From an uncultured virus (IMG/VR IMGVR_UViG_3300029925_000021) (Duplodnaviria > Heunggongvirae > Uroviricota > Caudoviricetes), in IMG/VR virus record IMGVR_UViG_3300029925_000021, positions 56,293 through 76,292 of that record: a DNA stretch of 20,000 bases, one strand, 5' to 3'. Position numbers and translations under genes: made by a program. Below are positions 1 through 7,959 of this stretch, one piece after another (the first letter of the stretch is position 1; each line of letters starts with the position of its first letter). A model generated the notes under the pieces. That model had not been told where the DNA came from. It made no database searches and saw nothing but the letters and a program-made list of their open reading frames with translations.

Positions 1-435
1 GTTGTTTTTCTAGCTAAGTCTTTCAACCCCACTAGCCACTACGACCTAGAAGAATTTATACAGATAGGTCGTATAGCAGCATGGAAGGCTATTCTCAAGC
101 ACGACCCCGAAAGAGCCGCGCTGAGTACTCTGATATGGCATCATGTAAGATGGGCCATACTAAGAGACCTAGACAGACGTAAGAAACAACACGTACAGTT
201 AGATGACACCATTCCTATCGAAGATAAATCAGTAAGTTCTATAGTGTGGGAGTATGTACCAGACTATCTAACTAACAACGAACAAACAGTATTAGACATG
301 CGTATGCAGGGTCATACGTTTGTAGATATATGTTCTACGCTGGGGTTCTCCAGAGGGTGGTCAAACAACGTATTCAAATCTGCGATAAAAAAGATCAATG
401 AAGCAAACGAGAAAAAAACGAATCTTAATGTGTAA
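1..435 (+). CDS. Sigma-70-family RNA polymerase sigma factor (regions 2 and 4), 5'-truncated by the window edge
   Basis: Frame 1 is open from base 1, so the ORF track's 244..435 is only the 3' part. It translates as VVFLAKSF...DLEEFIQIGRIAAWKAILKHDPERAALSTLIWHHVRWAILRDL, matching sigma region 2 (DLxQxG..hwkA...fDPe...STy....IrwaI). The C-terminus LTNNEQTVLDMRMQGHTFVDICSTLGFSRGWSNNVFKSAIKKI matches the region 4 HTH. Confidence 0.88.
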   Translation, partial: VVFLAKSFNPTSHYDLEEFIQIGRIAAWKAILKHDPERAALSTLIWHHVRWAILRDLDRRKKQHVQLDDTIPIEDKSVSSIVWEYVPDYLTNNEQTVLDMRMQGHTFVDICSTLGFSRGWSNNVFKSAIKKINEANEKKTNLNV

Positions 436-2083
436 TGATGCTCATTTCCTATACACTGGCTATGCCAAGTATGGGAATGAGGTGTTAAGTCGTCTAGCTA
501 AAACTAACAAGTTTGAACTAGCTGAGCTATCTTGCTATGGGTACGTTAACGACCCTAGAGACAACCATGTGCCGTGGAGATACTACGCCAACTCGATAAA
601 GGAGGAGGCTGACCTGCAATTTCCCGCATACAAATCCCATCCTCAGAATCCTTTTGGTAACTGGAGATTCGAGAGAACATGCGTAGACTTTCGACCAGAT
701 ATCGTGTGGGATATACGTGATCCGTGGATGCTTGCATTTGAAGGTACTTCTACTTTTCGTCCCTTCTTTCACTGGGCGATCATGCCGACCGTAGACTCCG
801 CTCCTCAACAAGAGGACTGGGTATCTATCTTCTCTGGTGCTGATTCGGTGGCAACTTATTCCGACTATGGAATGAAAACGTTACAGAAGACAGGAAGCAA
901 TATACCTCTCACTTCTGTTGCGTCACCTGGAGTTGATCTAGATGTATTCTCACCAGTCACCGATAAAGCTGCGCATAGAAGAAAGTTAGGATTCTTCCCT
1001 AACGCGAATATCATTGGTACTATCATGCGTAACCAAGCTCGTAAACTATATCCAGACTTGTTTCAAGCCTTTAGAAAGTTTATAGATAACTGTTATGATA
1101 AGGGTGAGAAAGATCTCGCCAACAATACATACTTGTATCTTCATGTAAGCTATCCAGATTTAGGATGGGAAATTCCGTCCCTGCTTAGAGAACATGGTTT
1201 AGGCAGGAAGGTTTTATTCACCTACATCTGCAAAAATTGTGACAGTCCGTTCGCCAGCTTCTTCAAGGATGCTCGAACCGTATGTCGTCGATGCAATCAC
1301 GCTAGTGCTGTACTTCCCAGTCCAGATAGAGGACTTACTCCATCTCAGCTATCGGAAGTAATTAATACGTTCGATGCATACATACAATATTCAGTGTGTG
1401 AGGGTTTCGGTATGCCTCAAGTAGAAGCTGCTGCCTGCGGAGTACCAGTCATGTCAGTAAACTATTCTGCTATGGAAGACGTAATTAAAAACACCAAGGG
1501 TATGCCTATACCAGTAGAGAGAATGTTTAGGGATGTAGGTACTCATGCTTATAGAGCCCTGCCTGACAATGATGCCTGTGCAGAGATAATATACAAGTTC
1601 TTCAAGAAGCCTTCTGCTATACGTAGGGTCATGGGTAACAAGGCTCGTAAGGCAGCAGAGAAATATTACAACTGGGATGCTACGGCCAAGATATGGGAAG
1701 ACCATTTTGATAGCATTGAGCTAACCAACCTACAAGGTAAGTGGAGTGCTCCTATGTTACCATGCGGGAAACCTCCCACTATGCCAGATCCTAAACGTAT
1801 GGTTTCTAATTCTCACTACGTTGACTGGCTAATATTAAACGTGTTGAAGGAACCTAAGCATCTTAATAGCAGATTCGCCCTGAAATATCTGCGTCAATTG
1901 AATTATGGGTCTCGTCAATCGGGTGTAGATATGATTCCAGTCACTAGAAAATCTGTATATGACGAAATGTCTGCATACGCCTATAATAAGCTTGAGTACG
2001 AGATGGCTAGAACTGGACAGTTAGAGCTACATAACGCGGACTTTATTGAGTACGCTCACCAGAGAGATAAGTATCTAAAATGA
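398..2083 (+). CDS. GT4-family (GT-B) glycosyltransferase with CxxC-x14-CxxC insertion and C-terminal extension
   Basis: N-terminal RILMCND..TGYAKY; SPGVDLDVFSP; IGTIMRNQARK; intact E-x7-E motif EGFGMPQVEAAACGVPV; YNWDATAKIW helix at the end of the GT core. Confidence 0.92.
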   Translation: MKQTRKKRILMCNDAHFLYTGYAKYGNEVLSRLAKTNKFELAELSCYGYVNDPRDNHVPWRYYANSIKEEADLQFPAYKSHPQNPFGNWRFERTCVDFRPDIVWDIRDPWMLAFEGTSTFRPFFHWAIMPTVDSAPQQEDWVSIFSGADSVATYSDYGMKTLQKTGSNIPLTSVASPGVDLDVFSPVTDKAAHRRKLGFFPNANIIGTIMRNQARKLYPDLFQAFRKFIDNCYDKGEKDLANNTYLYLHVSYPDLGWEIPSLLREHGLGRKVLFTYICKNCDSPFASFFKDARTVCRRCNHASAVLPSPDRGLTPSQLSEVINTFDAYIQYSVCEGFGMPQVEAAACGVPVMSVNYSAMEDVIKNTKGMPIPVERMFRDVGTHAYRALPDNDACAEIIYKFFKKPSAIRRVMGNKARKAAEKYYNWDATAKIWEDHFDSIELTNLQGKWSAPMLPCGKPPTMPDPKRMVSNSHYVDWLILNVLKEPKHLNSRFALKYLRQLNYGSRQSGVDMIPVTRKSVYDEMSAYAYNKLEYEMARTGQLELHNADFIEYAHQRDKYLK

Positions 2084-3198
2084 AAAACATACTATTCGTA
2101 GGACCATATAGGCAGACCGATGGATGGGGTAATGCCGCAAAAGAATACATCCGAGCCTTACGTCTCACTGGACATAACCTAGCTGTAAGACCAGTCTACC
2201 TTAACCATCAGGAGAAGTGGGATCAGATAGAAGAGTTTCGGGATTTAGAATCCGCGTCGTATGAATACGATGTTATCATACAGAATTGTCTACCTCACAT
2301 GTTTAGACGGTACGGTGGAGTCAAGAATATTGGACTGTCCTACTTTGAATCTACAGTTAGATATACTCCCTGGCCAGCATCTATCAATCTGATGGATAGA
2401 ATGTGGGTTACCTCCAAATTTGAACAATGGATGTTAGAGAACTCTAAGGTCAGTACAGATATAGACGTGATCTCTATACCTTGCGATGCGGAGAAGTACA
2501 ACAAGGAATATTCCTACGAACTACTGAAAGAGCATCATGGTCATGAGTTTAAGTTCTACTTTATCGGAGAGTTCATAAGCAGAAAGAATCTCAATGCATT
2601 AATCATAGCGTTTCATAGAGAATTCTCTCCCAATGAGCAAGTACGACTAGTCCTAAAGCTGAACAGGGTTGGTCTTGGAGCGGAAGACACACTGAGACAA
2701 GCACAAGCAATGATACAAAGTACCCGAAAGTCGATGGGAATGTATAAGAATCAATCATCATACAAGTCGGAGATACTATTGCTCAAGTACCTGTCTAACG
2801 ATGAACTATACGGTCTACATAATGACTGCGACTGTTTTGTTATGCCTAGCAGCGGCGAGGCTTTTTGCATCCCCGCCTTTGACGCTACAATGTTCGGGTC
2901 TGCTCCTATAATAAATGTGAATTCTAGTATGGTGGAATACGTAGACGGTGACGTGGGATATTTTGCACGTAGCTATAAGACTCCAGCTATAGCAGAAGAT
3001 AGACCTCTACCTTACCTGTATAACACCAGAGATACTTGGTTTAAGGTAGACATACTGTCCCTACAGACACAAATGAGATGGGCCTATGATGACAGGAACA
3101 GGAAAACTAGAGAAGAAAGAAAAGAGTATGCTAGGAAAAACATATTACCAAAGTTCACTTACGAAAGCATAGCTAAGAAGATGGCGGAAGTACTATGA
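2080..3198 (+). CDS. GT4-like glycosyltransferase
   Basis: NILFVGPY..DGWGNAAKEY start; FYFIGEFISRKNLNALIIAF; CDCFVMPSSGEAFCIPAFDA (E-x7-D variant); ATGA overlap with the upstream stop. Confidence 0.9.
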   Translation: MKNILFVGPYRQTDGWGNAAKEYIRALRLTGHNLAVRPVYLNHQEKWDQIEEFRDLESASYEYDVIIQNCLPHMFRRYGGVKNIGLSYFESTVRYTPWPASINLMDRMWVTSKFEQWMLENSKVSTDIDVISIPCDAEKYNKEYSYELLKEHHGHEFKFYFIGEFISRKNLNALIIAFHREFSPNEQVRLVLKLNRVGLGAEDTLRQAQAMIQSTRKSMGMYKNQSSYKSEILLLKYLSNDELYGLHNDCDCFVMPSSGEAFCIPAFDATMFGSAPIINVNSSMVEYVDGDVGYFARSYKTPAIAEDRPLPYLYNTRDTWFKVDILSLQTQMRWAYDDRNRKTREERKEYARKNILPKFTYESIAKKMAEVL

Positions 3199-4175
3199 AA
3201 GATGCAATAGATAACGTGATTAACAAGGCTATTAGAAAGCCTGGAGACGACACTAATCTACTATACATTCCATACGACGGAAACTTTGAGTGGATGATGT
3301 CTAGCGTTCCAGTACGTCTATACGCACCTAGTAATTCACTATCCAGAGAATGGCCTTGTAATAATTTTCCGCAGTCATTAAACTGGCTACCCGCTGGCGC
3401 TAACTTCATTCCTAACAGGATAGACATACAAGCCGTAGTAGTTAACTTTAGAAAAGAAGCGGTACATAATGCGGCAGGCATAGCTCATCGTTTCCATGTA
3501 CCTCTAGTAATAGTAGACCACGAACTACCAACCAAAGAAGCCAGTTCTAATCTAAAGAGATTTATAAATAGTCAACTACCTCCTGGTTCCGTATACGTTA
3601 CTCCGCACAGTATGGTGAATGAATCGTGGGCGTACTCAGATACTATGGAATCTTATAACATACCATACGGATTCGAAAAGCAGGAACAATCAATAAAACA
3701 GAACGATGTATTAGTAGTTGGAGACTACGCTCCAGAAGACGCAGGGTTACTATCAGAACTTCTTAACTGCCATACAAAAGTAATGGGCATTGGACATAAT
3801 GGAAGTCGCACCACTCCGTATACATCCATGAAGGATTTGATATATCACATGTCCAATTCACAAGTATGTGTGGTGATATTTCAGGAACATCGTCCACCGT
3901 TTTTCGCTATGCTTGCGGCTGCGTGTGGGTGTGCTGTAGTAACAAACAGAACCAGATGGACCGAATCCGTATTCGAAAATAAAACAAACGCTATACTGTT
4001 TGACAATATAGACTCTGTCAAGAGACTTGTTAGAGAGCTGATACATAGCGATACGTTAGACGACATGGCTCTTGCGGGACAAGAGATGATAGAAAGGGAT
4101 CACAGTATTAATAAGTTTAGAGATGGCTGGATAGATCTTCTTAATGACCTAAGTACAAGGATATATATTAGATGA
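3195..4175 (+). CDS. Divergent GT-B-fold glycosyltransferase-like protein
   Basis: PLVIVDH, YNIPYGF linker, MLAAACGCAVVT (cf. LEAMACGxPVV), and C-terminal MALAGQEMIERDHSINKFRDGW typical of GT-B; ATGA overlap. Confidence 0.75.
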   Translation: MKDAIDNVINKAIRKPGDDTNLLYIPYDGNFEWMMSSVPVRLYAPSNSLSREWPCNNFPQSLNWLPAGANFIPNRIDIQAVVVNFRKEAVHNAAGIAHRFHVPLVIVDHELPTKEASSNLKRFINSQLPPGSVYVTPHSMVNESWAYSDTMESYNIPYGFEKQEQSIKQNDVLVVGDYAPEDAGLLSELLNCHTKVMGIGHNGSRTTPYTSMKDLIYHMSNSQVCVVIFQEHRPPFFAMLAAACGCAVVTNRTRWTESVFENKTNAILFDNIDSVKRLVRELIHSDTLDDMALAGQEMIERDHSINKFRDGWIDLLNDLSTRIYIR

Positions 4176-4597
4176 AAATAGCAGTGAAGCATCAGAATTT
4201 AACGTCTGTCGTAGACAACGATCAGACTGTAGTATCGTTGCAAGAACTAGATACGGTAGAAAATGCTAGTTGTATATCAGTACATCTAGCGGACTGTGCC
4301 GACTATGTACCTCTTTCAGAGCGCGCAAAGCTTATAAAGAAAGCTATAGGTAAACTTAGATACGGAGGTGAGATTACTATCAGTGGGACTGACTTGATAT
4401 CCGTAGGACAGCAAATTATGAGCGGCAATATGAGTACTGCACGTTCTAACGTTGTACTGTTCGGAGGTAGGTTGTCCGCAGATACAATCAACGACGTTAT
4501 TAAAAATATTCAGGCAGCAGGATTAAATATCGTTAATGCTAAACTAGTGGATGAACTATACTACTCAATTAAAGCGAGAAGACCAGATGTCAAATGA
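4172..4597 (+). CDS. Short class I SAM methyltransferase-like protein (degenerate)
   Basis: DTVENASCISVHLADCADYV...LIKKAIGKLRYGGEITISGTD resembles the 'SvD.i.a.h.lEH....l....rvLkpGG.l.i..PD' core of glycan-cluster methyltransferases; no clear GxG motif I; ATGA overlap. Confidence 0.6.
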   Translation: MKIAVKHQNLTSVVDNDQTVVSLQELDTVENASCISVHLADCADYVPLSERAKLIKKAIGKLRYGGEITISGTDLISVGQQIMSGNMSTARSNVVLFGGRLSADTINDVIKNIQAAGLNIVNAKLVDELYYSIKARRPDVK

Positions 4598-5387
4598 TAC
4601 CTCATGTAAAGCGTGCGTCTTTGCAGAATACGATGATATGACCCAGGTTGGATGTTCTAGGGGTATGCTTAAAAAATATAAAGATGTTGGTGCAAACGTT
4701 GTAGAAGCCTATGATGAAGACAGGGAGTTTATGGTCATAGAAAATAGACTATGTCCTTTCTATAGAACTAAGGGATGGATTGATAGGATACCAGAAGAAG
4801 ACTTCGACGCAACGGTAGAACGTATGCTGGCTTTAGAGACTCGCTTATCGTTTCATGCAATAGTATTTGTAGAAGACCATAATATTGAGTCTGTCTGTAG
4901 CACTATAGATAGTTTATACGCTCAGAATAATCGGCCAGCAAGAGTAACAGTAGTTAGACCACGGACCAGTACTATAAAACCTAGAGATATACGAGAACTG
5001 TTTAATGAAGACTGCGGATTCAAATGGAGGATTGAGAATCTAATAGGACCAACTCCAAGAGACGTAGTGACACACTCGGTACATAAGAAGAGTGGTAGGG
5101 TACAGCCCTGTCAATACTATGCAGTAGTAGATGCTGGACATGTATTCGACGAGCAATACTTCTACGAGATTAATGAAGCAATAATAGGTTCGTTGTTGCA
5201 ATTTGCTATGATCGAATCAAAAGAGTGTATTGTTATACCTAATCCAGTACATCAATACTGGCATTTCCACGGCAATCATGAAATAACTATAGCGGAAAAC
5301 ATAAGAGAGTACCAATGCAAGAACAAAGAGAAAAAGGTAGTACTGAAAATGAGTCAGGTACAGGGTCTGTTGACGCAAAAGTCATAG
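4587..5387 (+). CDS. N-terminal Cys-motif domain fused to a divergent GT-A (GT2-like) domain
   Basis: Probable start ATG 4587 (ORF track extends to 4551). CKAC..C..C N-terminus, then FHAIVFVEDHNIESVCSTIDSLYAQNNRPARVTVV (GT2 'tl.Sl.aQ..p.eiiVV' pattern) and YYAVVDAG at the DxD position. Confidence 0.6.
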   Translation: MSNDTSCKACVFAEYDDMTQVGCSRGMLKKYKDVGANVVEAYDEDREFMVIENRLCPFYRTKGWIDRIPEEDFDATVERMLALETRLSFHAIVFVEDHNIESVCSTIDSLYAQNNRPARVTVVRPRTSTIKPRDIRELFNEDCGFKWRIENLIGPTPRDVVTHSVHKKSGRVQPCQYYAVVDAGHVFDEQYFYEINEAIIGSLLQFAMIESKECIVIPNPVHQYWHFHGNHEITIAENIREYQCKNKEKKVVLKMSQVQGLLTQKS

Positions 5388-5920
5388 TTGCTATTGGAGG
5401 TTCTAAGAGAGACATCCCTTGCGACTATCCCTTAGCTGACTTTATATTTCAGGACGAGTACGACGTTAATCTGCCAGCGATGTTTAACCAACTCAAGAAT
5501 AAGAGTAGCTACGACCTATTCGTATATATGAGTGAAGAATATAACTTTGCGTCGGAGAGTTCTTTGAGTAGGATGGTAGAGAAGTTTTGGTCCTTAGATA
5601 TGACTAGCATTGGAGCGGTATATACTGACATACTAGTTAAGCATAAGGATAAAGAGATATGCGTTAAGGTTAATCCAGCCTACAGATCGAGCTTCTATGA
5701 GGAAAGGATAGTCCTCAACATACCATTCATGGCTAAGTCTGCGATACTACCTACCTTTAACGAAGAGGTGGAACAGTTGTGTCTGTGGGACGGGATGTTA
5801 TGGCTCACACAGAACACGTTACTATACCACATACCAGAAACATTATTCCAGATAGAAGATTCCATGGAATTAAAGCAAATAGAAAAAGAGATAGGAATAG
5901 TACATGGCACGCACTACTAG
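5315..5920 (+). CDS. Divergent GT-A (GT2-like) protein
   Basis: YDLFVYMSEE at the DxD position, SLSRMVEKF..IGAVYTD, FNEE..LWDGMLWL..YHIPETLF resemble the GT2 'fde....DyDlwlrl...hipepL' pattern. Start uncertain; 73-nt overlap with the upstream gene. Confidence 0.6.
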   Translation: MQEQREKGSTENESGTGSVDAKVIVAIGGSKRDIPCDYPLADFIFQDEYDVNLPAMFNQLKNKSSYDLFVYMSEEYNFASESSLSRMVEKFWSLDMTSIGAVYTDILVKHKDKEICVKVNPAYRSSFYEERIVLNIPFMAKSAILPTFNEEVEQLCLWDGMLWLTQNTLLYHIPETLFQIEDSMELKQIEKEIGIVHGTHY

Positions 5921-6632
5921 AAATATAGTAGCACCAACTATCAGACCAGACAAAAGAAGGGTCTCCATAATCATTCCCGCTGCTGGAATAGGCAGTAGGA
6001 TGAAGTCGTATGGACCTAAAGCCCTGATAAAGATTAAAGAAGACCTGACCATTATCTCTAATCAGTTGAAATATATCAACAAGTATTTCCACAAGCCAGA
6101 GATCATACTGGTGGCTGGATTCGGGTACTCTAAGGTTGAGGCCGCTATGTCTCGCAAGAAGAACGTTAAAGTAATAGAGAACGCGGCATGGGCAACTACT
6201 AATGTCATGTCAAGTATAGCTATCGGAATGGAACATGCTAGTTACGACAATATACTATGGCTATATGGAGATCTAGTATTTAACGCCTGGGCTCTAAAAG
6301 TCCCCTTTGGCAGTTACTCTATAATAGTGACAGACAAAAAAGGATTTATGAAGGACGAAGAGGTAGGATGTATAGTAGAAAGTAATATAGTAGAACACAT
6401 GATGTATGGCCTGCCAAACAAGTGGGCTCAGATAGCATATTTTACTGGGAACGAAACCGACATTCTAAAGGACTTATGCAGAAACCCTGAGTATTATCAG
6501 TACTTTGGCTTTGAGATAATAAACAAGATCATCGGTCAGGACGGTAAGTTTACCGCATACTCCAATAACCGAATAAGAATAACAGACATAGACTCATCAA
6601 GAGACCTAGTTAAGATACAGGACATAATATGA
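5904..6632 (+). CDS. NTP_transferase-family nucleotidyltransferase, LicC/phosphocholine(phosphonate) cytidylyltransferase-like
   Basis: IIIPAAGIGSRMKSYGPKALIKI signature; ILVAGF; ENAAWATTNVMSS (LicC-like 'N..y..TN...S'); YGDLVF; terminal DIDSSRDL. Confidence 0.88.
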   Translation: MARTTRNIVAPTIRPDKRRVSIIIPAAGIGSRMKSYGPKALIKIKEDLTIISNQLKYINKYFHKPEIILVAGFGYSKVEAAMSRKKNVKVIENAAWATTNVMSSIAIGMEHASYDNILWLYGDLVFNAWALKVPFGSYSIIVTDKKGFMKDEEVGCIVESNIVEHMMYGLPNKWAQIAYFTGNETDILKDLCRNPEYYQYFGFEIINKIIGQDGKFTAYSNNRIRITDIDSSRDLVKIQDII

Positions 6633-7519
6633 AGATAATATCTACTCCACTATCAGACAGATACGATGGTATCATTAACGCCTCTGCCGAAGTGTTTGAC
6701 AAGGTTGTTCTGTGGGAACCTCACGCTAAGCCCATGTTTGATTTGTTTGACGAGGTTAAACCAGACGTTGTATACTGTGATATCAAGTACGTTACTAAAA
6801 GCTTTATGTCGGCATGTAAACAATACGAAGATGTCAAATTAGTTCTGTTTGCCGAAGGAATACCTAGAGATTTTGAACCCGATCTAGTATGCGCCCAACC
6901 TAATCTATCTCCAATGCTAAAGAAGCATTTAGAACTAGGGGGCCATAAGGTAGAATACATACATGACTACGCGGATATAATTATGTACTGGACTGGAGAA
7001 GCAGACGATACTATAGCTTCCGACATAGCCTTCGTGTCAAACGGAGACATGGCTAGTAGTCCCGTGCAAAAGATCGAGCTGTTCTCTACCGTAGGTCGTT
7101 TAGGCCAATTGAAGATTGCTGGATCATCCAGGATACCTATACCTCAATACATAGGAACCATTAAGGACGATAGGATAGTGTCATTCTTAAAGTCAACTAA
7201 GATTGCCATAGACTGGAACGGTGAGAACCTACTTACCTGTGCCGCAAACGGAATATTCACTATGTCCACCATTCCCAACGATCTATTTCCGCATATAACC
7301 GTAGACAATGCCGCAGAGATCATTCCTAAGACTCTGAAAAACGGAAAGTTTATGAGACGTACTAGCAGAAAGGCCCAGCAACAAGTGTTGAGGTCTGGTA
7401 CGTGTTACCACAGACTTATGCAGATCACATCAGCTCTAGAGCTAGACGAATATACTAAAAAGGCACAAAGTCTATTAGACTCAAAATTAGAGGAGGTGCG
7501 ACCATGCAAGCAGGCATAA
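6629..7519 (+). CDS. CgeB-like (Glyco_trans_1_2) glycosyltransferase-like protein
   Basis: DEVKPDVVY, DIAFVS, KSTKIAID, CAANGIFTMS and AQQQVLRSGTCYHRLMQI match the CgeB pattern (DvsFvG / ssKI.lN / Ei.acG.f.ls / vl..HTy.hR); ATGA overlap. Confidence 0.7.
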   Translation: MKIISTPLSDRYDGIINASAEVFDKVVLWEPHAKPMFDLFDEVKPDVVYCDIKYVTKSFMSACKQYEDVKLVLFAEGIPRDFEPDLVCAQPNLSPMLKKHLELGGHKVEYIHDYADIIMYWTGEADDTIASDIAFVSNGDMASSPVQKIELFSTVGRLGQLKIAGSSRIPIPQYIGTIKDDRIVSFLKSTKIAIDWNGENLLTCAANGIFTMSTIPNDLFPHITVDNAAEIIPKTLKNGKFMRRTSRKAQQQVLRSGTCYHRLMQITSALELDEYTKKAQSLLDSKLEEVRPCKQA

Positions 7520-7959
7520 TGATAGACGCTCTAGACACGTCTCAAATGGCGGTAGAGCTAGTTAGGGAAGTTAATAAGGTTACACTCCTAGATGAATACT
7601 GGGACATCATAGTATTCTATCACAACTACGGAAGGACTACGGCCTTTCCAGAATTTGCCATGATACAAGAACAGGAGTTGTGGTCCTACAATGCTCCAGT
7701 GATGGCTACCGACCTATCTACTGGAGACAGACTGGTAAAATGTTATGCTCCCACTAAGAAGTTTTTGTATATGTGGGATTTAGAATGGATCAACGGCTCG
7801 TATGATATTGACACGTTGGCTTCCGTTTATATGGACCCTTCAATATCACTTATAGCACGGAGCAAATCTCATGCAAAAATCATTACTGACTGTTGGAAAG
7901 AACCAATAGCTATTATAGAGAACTTTAATTATGACCAACTTACCGAACTCTTTAGTTAA
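7504..7959 (+). CDS. Stand-alone GT-B N-terminal (acceptor-side) domain-like protein, WsaF-N-like
   Basis: GGAGG RBS upstream. PVMATDLSTG...KKFLYMWDLEW...LIARSKSHAKII...IAIIENF resembles the 'vvAT.w.Ta...fYfvqD.E...ia.s' N-domain of WsaF-like GT-Bs; the protein ends at the interdomain linker. Confidence 0.5.
   Translation: MQAGIMIDALDTSQMAVELVREVNKVTLLDEYWDIIVFYHNYGRTTAFPEFAMIQEQELWSYNAPVMATDLSTGDRLVKCYAPTKKFLYMWDLEWINGSYDIDTLASVYMDPSISLIARSKSHAKIITDCWKEPIAIIENFNYDQLTELFS

Noticed and set aside
244..435. 63-aa stand-alone HTH protein as listed in the ORF track
   Set aside because: It is the C-terminal region 4 of a longer sigma factor whose frame is open from base 1.
398..7959. Ordinary bacterial LPS/capsule locus or Gtr-type serotype conversion cassette
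   Set aside because: No Wzx, Wzy, ABC transporter, priming transferase or membrane protein is visible, and it is embedded among phage-type genes. It cannot be fully excluded without a homology search.
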